This document shows positions 40,610 to 52,439 of a stretch of 64,000 bases of DNA, one piece after another (positions within the stretch are counted from its first letter, which is position 1; every line of letters begins with the position of its first letter). The position numbers and the translations under genes were made by a program. The notes below the pieces were generated by a model. The model had not been told where the DNA came from. It was given only the letters and a program-made list of their open reading frames with translations, and did not search any database. The DNA comes from Carcharhinus longimanus (lineage: Eukaryota), in assembly GCA_030264375.1 (NCBI GenBank), contig JASCQW010000148.1:12815648-12879647 (forward strand). The letters are read 5' to 3'.

Positions 40610-41000
40610 CTTAATTTGGATCTTTTATCCATCATCCATGTGCTGATCAATCTACATTGGAACCGGCTTCTGATTTTAAAATTCTCCTCCTTGTTTCCAA
40701 ATCACTCCATAGTTTTTTTTCTCATTTTCTTTGAACCTCCTCTGGCCCTACAACACTCTCTGCATTTGTCCAACTGTGCCTACTTATGCATTTCTGACTC
40801 TCCCTCCCCCAGCGCTATTAGTGGACATGCCGCCTTTGTCTAGGCCCTACATTCTGGAATTCTTTCCCTAACCCTTTTAGCCTGTCCGCATTTATTCAGC
40901 TTTAAGACACTTTTTAAACCTTACTGCTTTGGTCATGCTTTTAATCTGCCTTATTGTTTCCTCCTATTTAATTTTTTTTTGTACTCTGTTGAAGACACTA
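40610..41000 (+). mobile_element. L2-type LINE 3' end
   Basis: ctacattgg...gattttaaaattctcctccttgtttccaaatcactccat...ctctggaattctttccctaacc-like sequence; related to 17670-18090. Confidence 0.6.
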
Positions 41001-44000
41001 TCAGGCATAAATTGCATATTGCTGCTGTTATCCATTTTTTGTTTTCTTCTAACCATAGTGGGATGTAAGGGAGGAGGATAATATGATTCACATGGCATAA
41101 TAGTGTATTTATAGGTTAAGTAAAGTACCTATTCACAGCTGATAGTGTATTGTTTATATTCCCTTGCTGTGATTTGCTGTCAAAGCCAGCAAAGTTCTGT
41201 GTATGTGTACTTACAGGGGTGCATGGATTTTAAATATATTGCAAACATGAGAGAATATACACTTGATATATTTATGTAATCTTTGGGTATCTTTGTAACT
41301 TATCTAGGAATTATGGAGTGCTTAATTCAGTTTATGTTGCACAGTGTGGTGTCGAACCCGGCAGTGTAACAGGCTAGATGAACAAGTGAGGTTTTTTCCT
41401 GTCTGTTTTTGTATGTCAGTATAAATAGGCTCTTTAGTATGATTCAGGGTCAGTTTACATTGCTTCTGGAGTAACAAGATAATCTGTATTTATGCTTCAC
41501 ATGCATTAAATTTTCAGGAAAAAAAACCTCAGTAATGTATTGATGACTGCAAATTGGTGTACTATTTCATTCCAGCACTAACTGTAAGATGTGTAGCTTA
41601 AAATCCTGATGCATTTGATTTGGTTTTATTTGCTTTGTATATAGGGACCATAGGTTAGGGCGAGATCTGGAGCAATATTATGATGCATTTACATGTTCTA
41701 GTTTATACTTTTTTAGGATGCAGAGTAAACCAGAAGGAAACAGTAGTAGTTGAATTAAAAAGGGCGAAAAAACTGCATTCCAACCTGGCTTTCATTATTT
41801 ACAAGAAAATGTAATCTTGTTAATGTATACGGAATGCAGCAAGCCTCGCAGTCTGGCACAGATCCAAATTGACTGAAATGTTATGTAGTTTCCCCTTTAT
41901 TTTGCAATTTATTTAATCAACTTTAAGAATTTGATGTATTTTGAAGAAACAGTATGTTATTTAACTTAAGTTTTTGAGAATTTTCTGGCATCAAATGAGG
42001 TTGGTTTATTTAATTATCAGAATGTTTATGGTAGCTTTGAATGTATTCAGTATTCTGAGTAACTGAACTCCTGATATGATATCAAACTATTTTCCATTTG
42101 TAACCATTTCACAACTTCCCAAATAACTGTAGGAAAAAATAACCTTTTTCTCCATTTATGCAAGTATTAAATGATAATTTTGAATATCAAAATAATTCTA
42201 CACTGAATATGATTTACATTAATACAAAATTCATTAGAGTATTTTTTTCTGCCGAAAACTTAAATTCATTTAGGTACGTTGCTTCATAATGCAAAGCAAA
42301 AGCAGCTTGAAACCCAATGCACCATGTGTGAAATATTATAGACTGATTTTGTTAAAATCTACAGCATACATTCATTGCACAAATTTAAAGGGACAGAATG
42401 GGAAGAAAATAGACAGGGGAAACTCAAAAATAAAAACAAGAATCTTCAAAATTGTTGTCATTGGAATATGCTTTGAAGGAAACAAGCTGTGTCCAAGCCC
42501 CATTCAAAATATCTCAGCACGTTACATTTTTCAATTCCTAGGACACCTAGTATGTACGTGCCCCATTAGCATATGTCAGTAATCATTTTACAAGTTGCCT
42601 GTCAGCCCAAGGCTGTTCTACCAGGTAAAGTCAAGGAAAGAACACGACCCTTCAATGTTCAGCAGATTGTGTGAATCACTGGAGATCTAAGGGGGCAGCT
42701 TACACAGTACTCAATCCCTCACCCTCTCTATCTATTTTATTGCCTTTCTGAGAATTTCAAAACTTCTGGGATACAATCATCTACATTTCTTAATGATGGT
42801 TCTTAGGTTTATCCTACATAAAAGCAGATGGTAACAATGCCAGTGATAAAGAATGAGTTTGGCCTTTTTAAAGATCAGGCTTGAATGCACGCAATATCAT
42901 AGTGCCACTGCTAAACTGTGGATTCCTGAATTAATAAATATGCGACAGAAACATGCAGCTACATCACCAACGTGGCTGCAATGAAATTCAGTACCTTACC
43001 AGATTAATGGGGAAAAAAAGTACTGAACAGCTTGGCTGGTGAAGCACTTTGAAACACCAGTGTACTGCACTAAGGTGGTGTCACATGAGTCAGTCTTTCC
43101 TCGACGAAGCTAAGATTTCAGTTTCAGCTGCACCACTGTAGTGGGCCTAATGGAGGTCAACTGGGAAAGGAAAGAAAAATCAGAAGCCAAATTCTTGGCT
43201 AGTCATCATTGTGGAGGCATTAGTCCGGGTCATTCACTCACCCTATTTACTGAAGTTATTGTATCTTGCACAAAAATGGAGTAAGGAACAAAGTAATGCA
43301 GAAAAGCTTAAGCCACAAAGTAATTCAGAAAATAGGAAAATAATGTATATTTACAAATTAAACAACCAAAATCAAAATAGATTTTCAAAATTCTGTCTCG
43401 CCAACATTAAGTTACTACAGTTTTGTGAATTATTCAAAACTAAAAACTGAACTCAGAAGGTTACATGAATCCATCAAATGTCACTTTGAACTGCAATTTT
43501 TGGAATTTTCTCAAAGAGGAACTTCAGCTGGTCGGCTCCAAGAAATTGTTAAAGCTTGTCTATAGCCCTATGACTACTGATTGTAAAACAAAAAAAATCA
43601 TCGTTAAAAAATGGATCATTTTCTAAGCAGCACATCCCTCCATGTGAGAAGCATTTATTATGTGAATAGTGAGCCTGTGATTTAATTAATGGTGACACAG
43701 TCAAACAACATATTCAGTCCCTTCCTCCAGACAATGACATTTCACAAGATTAGTCATCTCTCTGTTCCATGATTACACACGCAATTCAACAACTATTACC
43801 AGTCACATTTATCTATTAAATATGGAATTATTTATTCGTGACATATCCTGCTTCCAATTCAGTTTTATTTTTCCTGAATTACTTTAATGTTCAATAACTA
43901 GAAATCAGATTTAATATTTTACTGAAATAACCAGACCTGTTAAGACAAGCACCATTTTCATTAGAATAGAGCTAAGATAAATGGTGCCATTAGTTAAAAA

Positions 44001-44269
44001 TCAAGATTTACATCTCAAATCAAGTCATTGAAAACTGCCATTCACTTTTGTTACAAATTTCTGCTGACTTAATTAATTGCACAATAGCTGTAGAGACAAC
44101 ATAAAATGTAATTGTCAAGATTAAACTTGTATTATTCAAGAATGGAGCAATTCGAATTGTCTGTGATCACAATGTGACTGCCTCGCAAACATCATTCGAT
44201 TTGATAAGTCTTTGATCCAGAATACAATAAGCCTTACTAATGTGCTGCACCAGAGCAATAGGACCATTG

Positions 44270-44890
44270 CTTATTTCCTGATTGCCACATATGAACAACA
44301 GCAACAGATAAGAATAAGGGGTATGGAATTAATGAATTATAAATTGGTTGGAAGAGCGGAAACAGAATAGGAGTTAAGGGCAGTTTCTCAGAGTAGCTAG
44401 AACTGGGTAACAGCATCCATTCTGTGATCATTTCATCTCACAATACAGGTCAATGATTTGGATATGGAGCTAGAGGGAGTGGTGCCAACATTGCAAACAA
44501 AATTAAAATAGGAGGGGCGATCGGAAAACATGCATTATTTTGGGCTTCACAATATGGTAAACATGTTGGGGCCATAGAGACATTACAGCTCGGATTAACT
44601 AGGATGCTGCCTGATATGAAGGCAATTTTTAAAAATGGAACTGTTTTCATTAAAACAGAGGAGATTAGGGATGATTTAATAGAGATGTTTAATATTTTGA
44701 GGTACTGGAACAGTTTAGGTAGAAATGAACTGTTTACAGTGAATGAAGGACTGAGAACAAGAAATCATAGATAGAAGATTTAATGTAAAAATTTCAGGAG
44801 CAGATGAAAGTCTTTTACATGTAAGATTGTTGAATGCACCAGAGTTAGAGATTGAAGCAGAGCCCATGGGATGGATTTTCAGTTGAAGGT
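44270..44890 (+). mobile_element. Highly decayed CR1 LINE fragment
   Basis: Residual RT and C-terminal motifs (ggagattagggatgatttaatagagatgtttaa = RL.DDLIEMF). Confidence 0.6.
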
Positions 44891-45749
44891 TCAGAATAAC
44901 GTGTCACAACCTGCAAGGTGTATTTCAAAACGCCTGTCCAGATTTTTAAAGGACCAGACCAATGAAGGACAGTGGACTAGCTCCATAGCCTTGAAGTCAG
45001 TAGCTCCACTGAACAAGGTGGGAGCTGCCAATCCTGATGGAGAGAAAGAGGACATGTCTTTCTTAGAATTTTCCTTTTCTGATTTTAAAGTCTGGTTTTG
45101 TTCTTCCACACTGCGCATCTCATCTTTCATGGTCTGCAGATTGGATCAAAGTTCAAGAATTTCATTGCTCTTTTCTTAGTGCTTAAAAAGATACTTCTCA
45201 TAGTTGAAGTTCAAATCCTAATTTTTCATTAGCAACCTCATCTTGCAGATGTGAAAGTTAGTTTGCTACACTAGAGGGCTTTTCCTTAGCAGAGCCTAAT
45301 TCTTGTGTACTATCCTTCAACCTCACATCCTTTAATTTTACTTCTGCTATTTGTTTCTGACACTTTTTTATGTTCCTTTGGGAGAACTTCTACTTTCTCT
45401 TGCAACCATTCAACTTTTTCTAGACATTCTAGTTCTTGATTTTCATTTCAGCCATGTCAATTATCAACAACTCAATGGTTCTCAATGCATTTGAGGTATC
45501 CAGTGATTTACCTTCTAGTTCCTTGAGTTTCTACATTGGATTTACATTTTCCTGTCGTACCTTTCTCTGTCTGCAGCAGAGCTTTATCCTTGTCTTTCAT
45601 TTTAGTTTACTGGAGACAAACTTGGCCAACAGTAAAATTTTTAACTTGTTTCAGTTCTTTAATCGTGCTGTTTATGGCTTCATTAAGTGCTTCGCAGCTT
45701 GGAAACCTCTTTTCCATTGTCCCATCCAGAAGACAGGAAGGAAAATTCC

Positions 45750-47353
45750 TGTTACTTTCCAAAATTATTTTATTTAGATAATTGACAAAAACTTTACCCT
45801 GACATGTTGGACTAGCCATGACTTATAGCAGAGGCATTTCTAACCTTCAGAAACCAGCTGGGACCTTGTTACCTCTAAAGATACACTAATGCTTCCTGTG
45901 ACAACAGAGAATCAAATTCCAGAGAAATACATCCTTTACATTTCTAAGACAGAGCTCTAGCCAACAGAGGTGGTGGCCAAAATTTTATGCTCCCCCTGGT
46001 GGGTTCTCAGGTGAGGGGGAAGAGTATGAAAATACATGCATGGGATTTCCCCCAAGATCCCACCTACCTGACCTGGGCATATTATGCCAGTTCAGGCAGG
46101 GTCTTGGATGAGATGTCTACCCATACCCCAATTGAAGCCCTTAAGTGGCCCTAATATTTAAGCTAGTAAGCAGATGAAAGAACAGATGAAATTGCACAAA
46201 ATTTGATCTTGGGCAGGAATGGGGGGTGTGGGGTGGGGGAGCAGAGGCTCCATTAGAAGCCCCCTTCTACTGATGCCACCCTCGCCTTGGGGACTGGAGA
46301 CCTCCGGACCTCCATCTCCCCCTAACCTATCACCTGACAACCCAATCGCCCCCTTGTGACACCCAAGGCCTCCCATTTCCCCCACTTGACCACTGCAATT
46401 TACCTGGTAGCTGGCTGCAGTGCCTCTTCTGGCCACTGCAGTGCTGCTCTTGGAAAGACTGGAGAAGAGTCAACCAATGAGGTTAGCTGGCAGCTTACCA
46501 AGATGGGATTTTCTCCCAGTGATGGGCAGAATTCCCGCCTTCTGCCAGTCAAAGCTCTTTAGAGCCTGAAATGTGTCTTGATCACCTGCCTTCCTGAAAA
46601 CTCAGACCAATATGTCTGCAAGGACAAAAGAGACACTGACTCCTCTCAATACCTCGAGATTCCAGACCTGGAAAAATACCTCCTTTGTCCAAAACCCAGG
46701 ACAAGAAGTGGGAGATATGTCACATGACCTCCCCAAGTTGCTAGAATATTGACATATGGAATCAAACTCAAGCAGTCTAGCAGTTTACCACCTACCAGGT
46801 AGCAGCAGGAAGAGCTCTGTCCCGGGCCTGGGCCTGATCTGCATTATATATTATTGGGAACATCAGAACACTTATTAGACTAATTCATCTCAATGTACTT
46901 CTTCATCGGGAAGTCTTCACTTCTGGAAAGACGAATCACCCTGCAACAGTTTCTGCCTGCTAACCTCTGAAGGAATACACCATTGGACTTTTGATTCTGG
47001 ACTCACATAAAACCATAACTCTTATTTTTATTGTGGTCTTGCCCTTTAATCCTTTCTTTCCCTTATCCCTGTTATATTGAATGAGTGCAAAAGGGGCAGT
47101 CGTTGTGAACTCTCTTGCCGTATTTTGTTTTGTGTCTTCTAAAATAAGCTAACCCTCTTATTTTACCTTATCTCAAGTTTGCTGTGGGGTTATTATTAGA
47201 GCATTTAAGCACTCAAAACTGAAGGGCTGGGAAAAATATGCCACCATTAATGAAGAGAGAAATCAAAATTCAAAAACACTTTTCTGTTTGTGGACAGATA
47301 AGTGAGAGAAGAAATCAGGGCTATCTAAATTACCCCCTTCTATCCATAAACCA
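45750..47353 (+). mobile_element. Probable solo LTR (TG...CA) with a nested element
   Basis: Begins tgttac, ends ataaacca; flanks ttcc / ttca (4-bp TSD with one mismatch); interrupts the coiled-coil sequence cleanly. Confidence 0.55.
45975..46600. mobile_element. Non-autonomous Harbinger-type element nested in the LTR
   Basis: Starts ggccaaaatttta (TIR-like); GC-rich interior resembling other such elements in the window; right end unclear. Confidence 0.55.
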
Positions 47354-48344
47354 TTCAGATGGTTCTTCAGCTGTTCCTTGTACCTTATGGAATATTGAAT
47401 ATTCTGAATCATCTTTGCCAATTGTTTCTTCAATTCGTTCAGAGTGTCATTAAATTCATTTGTTCCTCTTTGTAATTTTTGAGAGGAACAAACTTTGACC
47501 TGAAGGATCTTTAGTATGTGCAGGTCCTTCAACAGGTTTCCTTTTTTTTTGCAAAGCTCAATTGCTTCATCTTGATTTTTCTTGTGATGCAATAGAATCT
47601 TGCGAGTTTCTTCTGCTCAAAACACTCTTCACTTCTTCGTGCTGCTGAACAGTCATGCACTCCTTTGCATTTGATCTTGAAGGATTATTAGTTGTTCTTT
47701 CAACTATTTATTTTCTTGTTGATTTCTTGCCAGCTCACACTGTGTTTCAGTACATTGTTTTGATGCTACTGGTAGTTTCAAAGCAGCTTCTTCTAAAGTA
47801 GTATTCAACATCTTTTTAGTTCCTCATGTTTATCTATGGACATGTATTGATTTTCAGTCTTTCAGAGCAGCAACTTCTTTGAGTACCTTTTTTGCCTGGT
47901 GTTGCACTTGGCTATAATTCTGGTTGAGTTCTTCCAATTCAGCATAGATACAAACATTTTCCTGTGAAGTACCTTCATTTTCTTTTTGCCAGTTTTGTTT
48001 CTTTTGGATTACCTCAGATAGCTTTTCTTCATTCACAGCCAGCTGCCCATTCCACTCTGCCATCTACACTTGGAGTGTGGGTAATGCATCAGCATTTTCA
48101 CACTGCTCTATTTTTAAAGTCTTTCGGCTGCTTCTCAACCCCATTTTCCTTCTGCACTAAACTCTTCAGCTCATGCACTTCATTGCACTGACATGATGTG
48201 CAATCATCTCTTAGCTTCCTTAGATATTGTTTCCCTCAGCCTGAGGTCTCCTGTCTCCCTCACTCGGGGGGGTCTCCCCATCTTTCCTGTGCTTTACTGA
48301 GGTATTCAAGACTTTATTTTAAGCTATGTGATCTCCACAGCTTG

Positions 48345-48890
48345 GGAGTTTGACAATATTTGTCGAAGGTGTTTAATATCTTATCAACTGTGGTTGAGGA
48401 TTCATCTTCATCTTATCGTAGAATAATGTCATTCAAAACTACATCAAACAAACATAAAAACATAATCGTTTGTATTTTTTCTGATTTCTTGCTTAATCCT
48501 AATATAATCCTGCAAAAAATAAATTTTCTTCTCCAAGACTCCCAATTTTGGGTCTGATTTAGTCCTTTCATTGGCCTAAACTTGTCTGATATTTTTAATT
48601 TACTATCCATGGATAGAATTTTTTTTATCTTCAAAATGGATTATTCTGTGATTCAGCCTATTTTCTTTTTGCTGAATTTTGCTCCACCTTTTGGTGATTT
48701 GGCTAAGTCTCTTGACTCTGCTTCTATGTTTCATCAGCTTCCAAGTCTGTAATTGTGATTTTCATTTTAGGCAATCTCCAACTGTGTCTTTGCGTTAGGT
48801 GCTCTTTGCTTAGGTTGGGACTCAGTTTCTTTATCTCGTGCTTTGAGATTCTGAATTCCTTCTCCAGCTTCTCTGAGATTTCAAGGTCCA
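48345..48890 (-). mobile_element. Decayed Gypsy-type gag N-terminal region
   Basis: QNWESWRRKFIFCRIILGLSKKSEKIQTIMFLCLFDVVLNDIILR*DEDESSTTVDKILNTFDKYC fits the recalled Ty3/Gypsy gag pattern W..W..RF..FR..SGL..K....Q...LL......DI......E.....D.....FD.Y; directly downstream of a PBS-like site. Confidence 0.7.
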
Positions 48891-49126
48891 TCCTTCACGG
48901 CCACCATATTGTAAGGTTGTTTGGTGCCTCACTAATAGGTCTGGAGATGTGTATGGTTGAACATGAACAGTTCATTGGTAACCCATAGCTAATACGTAGC
49001 CAAGGTACTGCCAAGTACTGGCTCCTTCCAATCTGTACACAGAATCTATCATCATGTGACTCTTTACATCATACCAAGAGTGGTACTGTTCTCCAATCTC
49101 ACATTATCACTTGATCTGACTGAACA
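48885..49126 (-). mobile_element. Gypsy-type 5' LTR (48910-49126) plus PBS-like site
   Basis: Minus strand TGTTCAGTCAG...CCTTACA, then ata-TGGTGGCCGTGAAGGATGG, resembling the complement of the initiator tRNA-Met 3' end (TGGTAGCAGAGGATGG). Confidence 0.65.
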
Positions 49127-50399
49127 CCTTTATGTTAGATTACCTACCCATTGTATTATCGGGAAGAAGTAAAGATTGGGGTGGGTCGTAAAATTCACCC
49201 CTGCTTCTAAAAGTTCCCACCTCATTAATGTCAATGTTTAAGATTAGATAAGTTGTCAAAGAAAAATGGAAAGTTATAGAGGGCAGGCATATAGGATTAA
49301 GATTAAGACAACTGGTCACTTGAAGAATAAAGATCAACAGGCCTGTTCTAATTTTTAAGTAATTCTTTGCAAAAGCCATTTGCATTTATGGAACCCCTAT
49401 AACACAGAAAAAAATCCTAAAGTATCTCCCAGAGACATTAGGAGAAACTTGGAAATAAGTCATACAAGAAAATTTGCTTCAGCAATGATTCAAGAATGAT
49501 GCTATCTATCTTGTCGTAACATCAGCATGATTGTGTTGTCACAGAGAGAGATGGGGGGAAATCACTGAGCTGCCATTCTCTCAGAGCAGATGGAAGATGC
49601 ACTGACATTGCATGGGGTTGGCTGAGCAAGCAGTAATGAAATAAGCACAGAGGCACTTTAAGGGTATACTTTAAGGGTGCACAACGTGACTTTTAATACA
49701 ATTAATGGTACTAACACTGGGTAATAATTTCTACTTGTGCCTAAGTTCACCCATGCCAACTCTGACTTTTTTTTAACCTTCCTCACCCTACTGCTCTGTC
49801 TAGGTATCTCCCCAGGAGCCATAGCTGACAATGAGCAGGCAGCTGACTGCCATGCCCGGTTGCCTCAGATGACTTTGGTGGCATCCCCTGAAGGGCCTGG
49901 ACCTTGAGGGTTCGAGCCTACTTTTGGGAACCACAGATCTCACTGTAAAAAAAATTGGAAAATTCTGCCCCTGATGTGCAACACATATTGAAACCCATCA
50001 CCTTATTAAACGCCTGGAAACCAAGCTACTGGGATATGCACAATGATAAAGTTTCTGCTTGTATCCACATCGTCCCCACTTAACTAAAGCCAGAAAGTTT
50101 AATCCCAGGTTGCCGAAACAGCTAATCTGCCAGCACAAATTATTGGAATCTACAAAATATTCATGGGATAAATGAGAAGTTTTTTTTAAAAATCACTCTC
50201 CTAGCCAAATTTCTCTAAGATCCACGNNNNNNNNNNGGCCATGTTGTCTGATATATTACCCATACACTGAAGACTAGATGCATCAATAGAGTGACCAAGT
50301 GATTGAAATCACCGTACGGAATAGAGATAATATCTTGCATTCCTCATGTAAATAGTAAAATGTCACATGCAGTGACTGCCATAATCACAATGCCTTAGC

Positions 50400-51420
50400 T
50401 GAGTCTTTCACCGTCTAGTCTAGTCATGCTGTAACATTAAGAGCCACAGGCAATGGGTGACCTCCCAGTCCGTGTGTCACCAACTGCTCTATCACTGGTG
50501 CAGGTGTCCACCATCCCTCAGGACAGATGCAGTCCTCTTCAACATCTGGAGGTATGATGCTGTCCTCCAATGCACAAATGACCAGTAATATCTCCTCCAA
50601 AAAACCACGATGTATGGCCCTGCCCCAAGTAACTTAGTGGGCCCTGCCATCCCCTCGTCTGCAGAATGCTGGTCCTGCCCACCTGCAGCGACACGTTAAC
50701 GCTGTTGGTCCACTGTTAGCAATAGCACAGCCAGCTTAATTTGAGCCCTGATAATATCCTGACCCAGAGCCTTATCAAGACATGGGACATCCACCCATGC
50801 ACATTCCCCTATGTGAATGCCTTTCCAATAAGCTTCACTCCCTCCTATCTCATACAATGGCCATGTCCCCAATCAAATCTCTCCCAACTCCACTTGACAG
50901 ATGGGCATACACCTTGGATAGTCCTCGTGGTCTGCTTAACCCCTCAAGAGTGAGGATCGAGGGCACATGAATGCATTGACTTGACCTGTGTGTTGAATTC
51001 CCAGAGGTATGAAACACACCACCAAACTTGTCATGTCTGACTGATGAGCTCTGTTATCTTTGTCTCTTGCACTGGGGACGACGTCAGTGTCACCTCTGTC
51101 TTATGGAGAGGTGAATGTAAGCAATGGACTTCAATGCTTGGGGATTGCTCTCTGCTATACTCTTCGGAGGTGAGGTTACCAGGTTCACGTTTTTATAGAG
51201 CTATTGTAAATCATGCCAGCATGATGTCACGCCGGTGTGGAATGAAGATTCAGAGAGTTGGAAGTCCTAATGAGATGGCTCACAAATTAGATGCTTATGT
51301 ATTTAAATGAAGTGGATGAGAACCTCATTATGTCATAGGCGAGAGGTATGGAAAATCGGGAAACAAGATCTCACCAGCAGGAATCTTGTTTCCCGACTTT
51401 CAGGGGATTTTGCATCCATG
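50400..51420 (-). mobile_element. Second Harbinger remnant (5' part of transposase and subterminal region)
   Basis: Minus-strand peptides RTASYLQM..C*RGLHLS*GMV and HGLGGHPLPVALNVTA*L at about 50420-50570, homologous to ATLNVTTAINLF in the first copy; 14-bp hairpin at 51356-51396. Confidence 0.65.
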
Positions 51421-52439
51421 TTGCTGTTTACATTGACAACTAATGCAGGTTTAAAATACCACTCCAATGAAAAAAAATAGGATAGGACAAAAGTTTGGGC
51501 AGCTCTTGAATTGACTGAAAAAGATCTAGATCCATAAGCAACAAATGAAGGAATGATTTGATGAGAAACAGGGCAGCTGTGAATATACACTTGGTAAAAG
51601 ATGATCTAATAATAATTTTACATTTTAACTTAATAGACACTTCACAGTCTTCTGGACTCAACAGTTTCAGATCATAATCACTGTTACCGTTTATTTGGAC
51701 AATAGTTTACTGTTGGTATTTACACCTCCTCTAGACTCAGCTTTTTTCTCTACTTATCCCATCATCTCCTTTTGCCTTGTCCCATGATCTTTTCTGATAT
51801 TTAAATCCCCCTGCCTTCCGAATGTTGTCCCATTGTTTAAGAAGGGGAACAGAGACTTCCCCGGGAATTATAGACCGGTGAGTCTTACTTCTGTTGNNNN
51901 NNNNNNNNNNNNNNNNNNNNNNNNNNNNNNNNNNNNNNNNNNNNNNNNNNNNNNNNNNNNNNNNNNNNNNNNNNNNNNNNNNNNNNNNNNNNNNNNTGTT
52001 TTTTTTTAAAAAACTGGTCGGCGCAACATCGTGGGCCGAAGGGCCTGTTCTGCGCTGTAATGTTCTATGTTCCACCCTCTCATTTCTCTATTTCCTTGCA
52101 CATAAACTTGCTTAAAACCTGTTATGTCTGTAACATTTTCCAGTTCTGATAAAGGGTCACAAACTTGAGTCAAGTCCATTTTTCTCTCCACAGATGCTGC
52201 CTGCCTGGGTATTTTCAGTACTTGCTGATTATGTTTCTGATGTTGAACATCCACAGTATTTCACATTTTGTAATAACAACTTGTTTGGAAGTGCATAGTG
52301 TCAGACCCAGTCAAAGACTTTGTAAATGTCTAAGAAAATGACAGATGATTCATCACAATATTCAAGATTAGAGCTCTGAAATGTGTTGAATGATTGCTGC
52401 ATGATTACAGTGAACAGCAATGCTAGTAATTGTGGATTA

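Larger units (their letters stand above)
44890..48340 (-). pseudogene. Decayed UACA-family (UACA/RAI14/ANKRD24/ANKRD35-like) coiled-coil coding sequence, split by an insertion at 45750-47353
   Basis: Manual minus-strand translation with frameshifts: ENQYMSIDKHEELK-MLNTTLEEAALKL...NQQENK*LKEQLIILQDQMQ-ECMTVQQHEEVKSVLS...ILLHHKKNQDEAIEL...EALNEAINSTIKELKQ, collinear with UACA coiled-coil blocks as recalled (NQYVPVKTHEEVKMTLNDTL; EYISLAEHEAKMSSLS; EALKKSLNGTIENLKE); many stops. Confidence 0.7.

Noticed and set aside
42600-44900. 3' LTR partner for the LTR at 48910-49126
   Set aside because: No matching direct repeat found by eye; the element appears truncated at the CR1 fragment near 44890.
44890-48890. 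Functional nested antisense gene in QKI intron 1
   Set aside because: Numerous stops, frameshifts and a 1.6-kb insertion disrupt the frame.
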